The notes under the pieces were generated by a model. It had not been told where the DNA came from. It was given only the letters and a program-made list of their open reading frames with translations, and searched no databases. From Auanema rhodensis (Eukaryota; Animalia; Nematoda), in contig OZ059899.1 in NCBI GenBank assembly GCA_964057225.1, forward strand, positions 12,648,001 to 12,712,000: DNA of 64,000 bases. The letters run 5' to 3'. Shown one piece after another: positions 56,358-64,000 of the stretch. Position 1 is the stretch's first letter, and every line of letters begins with the position of its first letter. Made by a program: the position numbers and the translations under genes.

Positions 56358-57563
56358 TTTGATTAGCTTTTCGTTCATCACAATTGAGGACAACAGGTTT
56401 GAATTTATAATGTTATGTTAAGCTTTAAAGTTATTATACTATATGCATAGTTAAATATATTTTTTAGCATTATACAGCTTTAAATCAATTTAATGATCAG
56501 AGAAAATGTGGAAAAAACCAATTTTGAAACTGAAAACGCTACCTGCGACTGTGATGAAGAACGGAAGAACAAGGAAAGACATGAGTTTGTCGACATTCAT
56601 TGTTCATTTCTGATAAGACATTCCTCACAACCAGCACATAGAATGTCTAGATGTGTTCATTGTCAAAGCGAAATGTATCTTAATGAAGCTTATTAGTCTT
56701 TTATGTAATTTCTTATGAAAACTATTCCTTTGAGCTGTCGAGATTCTTATCTATTCTCAACCATACAGGGGAACCAGGGTGCTTTTCAACTATGCAGCAT
56801 ATGTGTCGTAACATTCAATCTCCCTCTCTACCTCTCTCTCTCCTTAGTTTTCTTTCTCTCTCTCTCTCTGTCTCTCTCTCTCTCTCTCTTATTCCTTTTC
56901 AGTCAGTAATATAGTACGAGAGCTTGAACAAGAAAACGGTAAAGAAGAGTGTCCACCTCTATATGTTCGTACGCAATATCATTTTGATTATTGTTGGTCT
57001 GTGAATCCTGGTGGTATCAGTATGCTATTGTATTCTCTCTTTCTCTTTCTCTCTCTCTCTCTTTCCCTCTGACTTTCTCTCTCTCTCTCTCTCTCTCATT
57101 GTTAGATAACTGACTCTGCTAACGTTTTTTTCTTATTTGTCTCTGTAAATACAAGTGAAACTTGCTATAATCTTTCATGTATTTCTCAAATTATCATTTG
57201 TTTTTTCTTTGTTCTTAATCATATCATATTTTCCGGGATGGTTGAAAAGCCTTCAGGCTCCACATAGACTGAGTCATCCACACACACCTCTTAATCGTTT
57301 ACCATTTGTATACAGATTACATGGCTTAATGAACCATATACGGCAACAAGACATGCTACTTTGTTATCAAGACATGCTTCTTTTCTTGTCATGTCTTTCA
57401 AAGAATCAACCAATATGTTCAGAACTCTTCATTCTAATTGACTAGTGCTTGCCAACTATCAGCTTATTTTGCTCATAAATCTTTCCTTTTCAACTTTTAA
57501 ACAATGCTTCTCCTTATATATAGATTTTTAGGTTTTAAATATCGAACTTGGTCAACCTAGAGT

Positions 57564-59865
<2,302 letters not shown>

Positions 59866-60082
59866 AAAAACACAAGGAAAAAGAAGAAAAAGCATATAGT
59901 TAGTAATAATTTTGAGGAAAAAAAAGAAATTATTCTAATTATAAATATATAATGTAAAGTACAAGTACGGGAAAAATATCATTTTTTTTCATAAATGATA
60001 TTATTAATATTCTTTTAAATTGAAATAAATAAATTATATGATACTCTACTTATTGTTCTTATTTATATATTTTAAAGAAGAA

Positions 60083-60085
<3 letters not shown>

Positions 60086-60121
<36 letters not shown>
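60086..60121. repeat. (GA)n microsatellite
   Basis: Direct reading. Confidence 0.9.
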
Positions 60122-60123
<2 letters not shown>

Positions 60124-60451
60124 CGGTAGGAGGCAGCAACAGTGTTGGAAAATATTGAGACGAAGAAAATTCGTCAAAAATTGAAAAATGATTGTTCAAT
60201 GATTAACAAAGTAATTTTATTTATTTGATAACTTCATAATTAAAAAATTAAAAAAGAAGAAAAAACTGAAAATGAAAAATCCATATAAATTTTTATGTTT
60301 TAGTATAATAATTTGATAAAATTAACTTTTGCTTGGCTTTTTATGTTTCTTTATAATCTGCAACAACTAATCATTATTAGCTGTGGAATGCAAAAATGAA
60401 GTGATTCATGATTTTCCGGTAGTGGAAAACGGAACAGCTTTTGCCATCATA

Positions 60452-60493
60452 AGCAGCAACAGCAGCAGCAGCAGCAGCAGCAGCGGCGGCGGC
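60452..60493. repeat. (CAG)n-(CGG)n compound trinucleotide repeat between the cln-3 copies
   Basis: Direct reading. Confidence 0.85.
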
Positions 60494-61841
60494 AGACGTA
60501 ACCGCAGCACAAGCATCATAGCACAGGAACAGTACAGGAAACAAAGGGGTGCAGGAATTTCATAAGGTGCACAGATGACATGAAATCGAAATATGATGAG
60601 TTCAATGGTTCCATTTTTCGAATCGAAAGTCAGATAAACGAAGATCCGAGAACATCGTAGCCTCTAGTGATAAGAGACGAAACGGATACTCATCATGTGC
60701 TTCGTGTATTCAATCTTCTTATACCGTTCTATCGTCACGATAACATTGCCCAAGCTGTATGTGAAGCCATTTGTCTAGTACTCTAACAGCAGTTTATAAT
60801 CAGATTTTCGATAAAATGTATTGTCATTTAGTTGAGTTTGATATAAGTTTTAGTCGCTATGCTAGCTACGGTGCTTCATCTTTAGTCAATCTGGCTGTAC
60901 CAGTTCCGAGAGTTTCTCTCTCTCTCTCTCTCTCTCTTTCCCCTTCTCTCTTTTCAGTTTCGTTTCAACTCATTCTTTTGTATTTTTTTGAGGTCTTATC
61001 ATCCACATTTGTTTTCAACCTATTCTCCAAATTGAAAAAACCAGAAGCTTCATCAACCCAGACATGGCAGTGTTCAACAGTAGTTGGGTTGTATGTTTGA
61101 TCGTTTCGGACCAAAAAGCCCAAAAACGTTTCCAATTCCGCCACTTTTCCATTGCCTACATTCTTCCAAAGAACCAATTTTCAACATTTATTTTTTTTCT
61201 TCAAACAAAAATCAAAAAAATGCGATTATGAATCAGTCTGATGACATGTTACATTCTGAACCAGATTTTTGTCTTCTTCATTTCTCTTTTTTATTCTCCA
61301 AACAGCTAGAATAAGAAGTCGTTATCAGTATGTAGTACGATCACTTCATATTCCGCTCGTTTTTCCTTTTTCTTCCTTAATTAGACAATTATTATAAGAC
61401 ACATTATTACCAGCAATGTCTGGCGATGTGGCTATCCTCCTGCTTGTCCTCCTTCTTCTCCTCTTCTACTCTTCATGTTTCACCTCTATGAAGCTTACAA
61501 CTTGTTGTTAAGCTTATAATAGTAGTAGCTAGGTTATTCTGTATTGTTGTCTGATCTTTTCGTTTACTTTTTGCTTTATTTCAGTTCCTCTCTTTGAGAA
61601 ATGACTATATAAGAGATAGATAACAGAGAACGATCAAACTGATTGTTTCCTCTCTCTCTCTCTCTCTCTCTCTCCACACACACAGACACACAGTAGCTAT
61701 ACATACTTTCAGAGCATATTCTTATATTTCATTTATAATGTTTCGTTCTTTATCATATTTTCTTATATTTGCATAATTCTCATGTTTTAACTTAAGTTTT
61801 AAGTTTTCATAAACTTACTTTTTCATATTTTTTAGGGTAAA

Positions 61842-63940
61842 ATGAACAAAACCTTAATTAGGAATCTAATTGGATTTTGGTAAATCATTTCAATTCTTTT
61901 AATCCATTTGATTTTATTTTCATTTCTTAGGCTTTTGGGTCTATGTAACAACTATGGCTATGTTATTATGCTTAGTGCAGCTGAAGATATCATGTCATCA
62001 CAACAGGGAAAAAATACAACATCGGGACCTAGTGCATGTACGGTAAGTTCTTTCAAATTGTTGTTGTTGTTGTTGTTGAAATAATATTTAAAATAATAAA
62101 TTTTTAGACAAATATAGTTACGAGAGGATGCTCATCTGCATCTACAGGTGCCGTTCTGTTGGCTGATAATCTACCAGCTTTATTCGTTCAAGCAACATTC
62201 CCATTCTTTATGCATCGAATTCCATTTGGGTTAGTTATATAAATCTAATTTTTCAAACAAAGAGAGAGAGAGAAAGAGGGAGAGAACGAAAGAGAGACCT
62301 TCAGAGAGTTAGAGAAGGAGAGCCCTGATGAGATCATCATTCTAATTTCAGTATAAGACATACTCTTGTCATTTTACTTCAAATTGCCTGCTATTTCCTC
62401 GTAGCCTTCTCACCTGATGTAGCTATCTCATTGACAGGTTTTTGCCACATTTCTTCAGAAAACAGTATCATTATCATGATGTTTCAGGTGTTACCCTTGC
62501 TAGTTTCAGTCAAGGAATTGGAGAAATTACTTATCTGGCGTTATCCAGTTTCTTCCCTCCGTAAGATTTTCAAAGACCATTCTCTTCTATTTCGGAGATT
62601 TGGAACATATCACATATCAATGATCTCAGATCAACTATTGCTGCTTGGTCCTCTGGAACTGGTGGAGCCGGATTGATTGGATCATTCGCTTACGCACTGA
62701 TGACTGATGATCATATTGGCAATTTAAGTCCAAAAACAGCTTTACTCTGTATGCTCTTCATTCCCGTAGTATTTGCTATAACGTGAGTTCATATGATGTG
62801 CTTGTTATCAGTCAGTTATAACATTCATTCACGCTTTCAGCTACTGGCTCATTGTCGATTTTCCTGAAGAGGTTTATACACCAACATTGAATCCAAATAC
62901 CTGGCTTATCCCAAAAAATTATTCTTCCGATAAGGTATTATAAGCTTCTTGATGAGAATCATCAAATTATCTGATTATATTACAGTCAAAGAGCATTTCT
63001 TTATCTGATAGATCATCAACATCAGAAGAAAGTGTAGAGAAAGAACATGTGGGTAATGTTCCACAAAGAGAATTAAGCTTAGCTGAAAAGTTAAAGTTGA
63101 TTGTGGTAAGCTGAAAATAGCAAATTCGGTTTTTCAAATTTCTTTTCAGCCATTGCTCAAGTTTATGGTTCCATTAGCTTTAGTATATATGGGAGAATAC
63201 CTTATAAATCAAGGATTAGTTAGTAAAATTTTTAAAAATTTGTTCAAAACCTTAAAACTTTTAGACTGAACTTATTATGTTTGATTGTAAAAATGGTTGG
63301 AATCTTGCTGTCAGCAGTCAATATAGATGGTATCAGGTTAGTTTTCTCGAACATTTTAATATTTTATGATATTAGTTTTCATTTATATACGTTTTGACAA
63401 CAAAATAAAGATGAAAAACCGGAGTTAGTTAGAGTTAAAGCTTCTCATTCCAGGTGTTGTATCAAGTTGGAGTTTTCATTTCACGTTCATCTGTTAGATT
63501 CATCGAACTTCCAATGTGGGCCATCTTCTTATTACCAGTTTTACAGGTAATTTCATTAGAAATATTTCGAGAAAAAAGATATTTTCATTTCATTTCAGAC
63601 ATCGAACATGACTTTCTTCTTATTTGAAGCTATATATTGGTTTGTACCACACATATCCATCATATTTGGATTAATCATTCTCGAAGGATTATTGGGAGGT
63701 TCAGCATATGTCAATACGTATAATAAAATTCATAAAATGGTAAAAACACATAATTAATTGTGACCAAGAGAGAGTAAGCTTATAAAATGCTGTATGTTGC
63801 AGGTTGAGCCAGACATTCGAGAATATTCAATCTCAATTACGACATTAGGCAATTCAATTGGAACAAACTTAGCAGGATTTCTTGCTATACCATTACATAA
63901 TTTCGTTTGTAAAAAGCCAATACATCCATATAATCATTAA
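61842..63940 (+). CDS. cln-3: CLN3/battenin family lysosomal membrane protein, copy B (13 exons)
   Basis: [89 protein letters not shown]; ends KPIHPYNH*. Confidence 0.93.
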
Positions 63941-64000
63941 AATGATAAAAATTCATTTCTTTCCATCAATTGCTTTAACTTAGTTATTTTATAATTTATG

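Overview
This window is eukaryotic. It has many 40-60 nt GT-AG introns with TTTCAG-type acceptors, acceptors just 5' of start codons (trans-splicing-like), AT-rich DNA and (CT/GA)n microsatellites, which points to a rhabditid-type nematode. Most of the supplied ORF track is noise or single exons. Hand-splicing gives, in order: the 3' part of a COUP-TF/unc-55-type nuclear receptor (+), a divergent A/B-type cyclin (-), a small membrane-anchored orphan (-), two spliced pseudogene-like remnants, a ~2.9 kb decayed intronless ORF (-) that weakly resembles the C-terminal part of a bunyavirus-type L protein, ~26 kb of apparently non-coding DNA, a complete tol-1 Toll-like receptor (+), an ER FKBP with EF-hands and KDEL (fkb-7), a CD164/porimin-like sialomucin, an orphan gene, and two tandem CLN3/battenin paralogs. 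The most unusual signals are the candidate endogenous viral element, a cyclin lacking its MRAIL patch, a recurrent palindromic TACGTGA-N-TTCACGT motif, a palindromic candidate microexon and an overlapping uORF in tol-1, and a 53-nt identical tract between the diverged cln-3 copies. All gene models were built by eye and no database searches were run.
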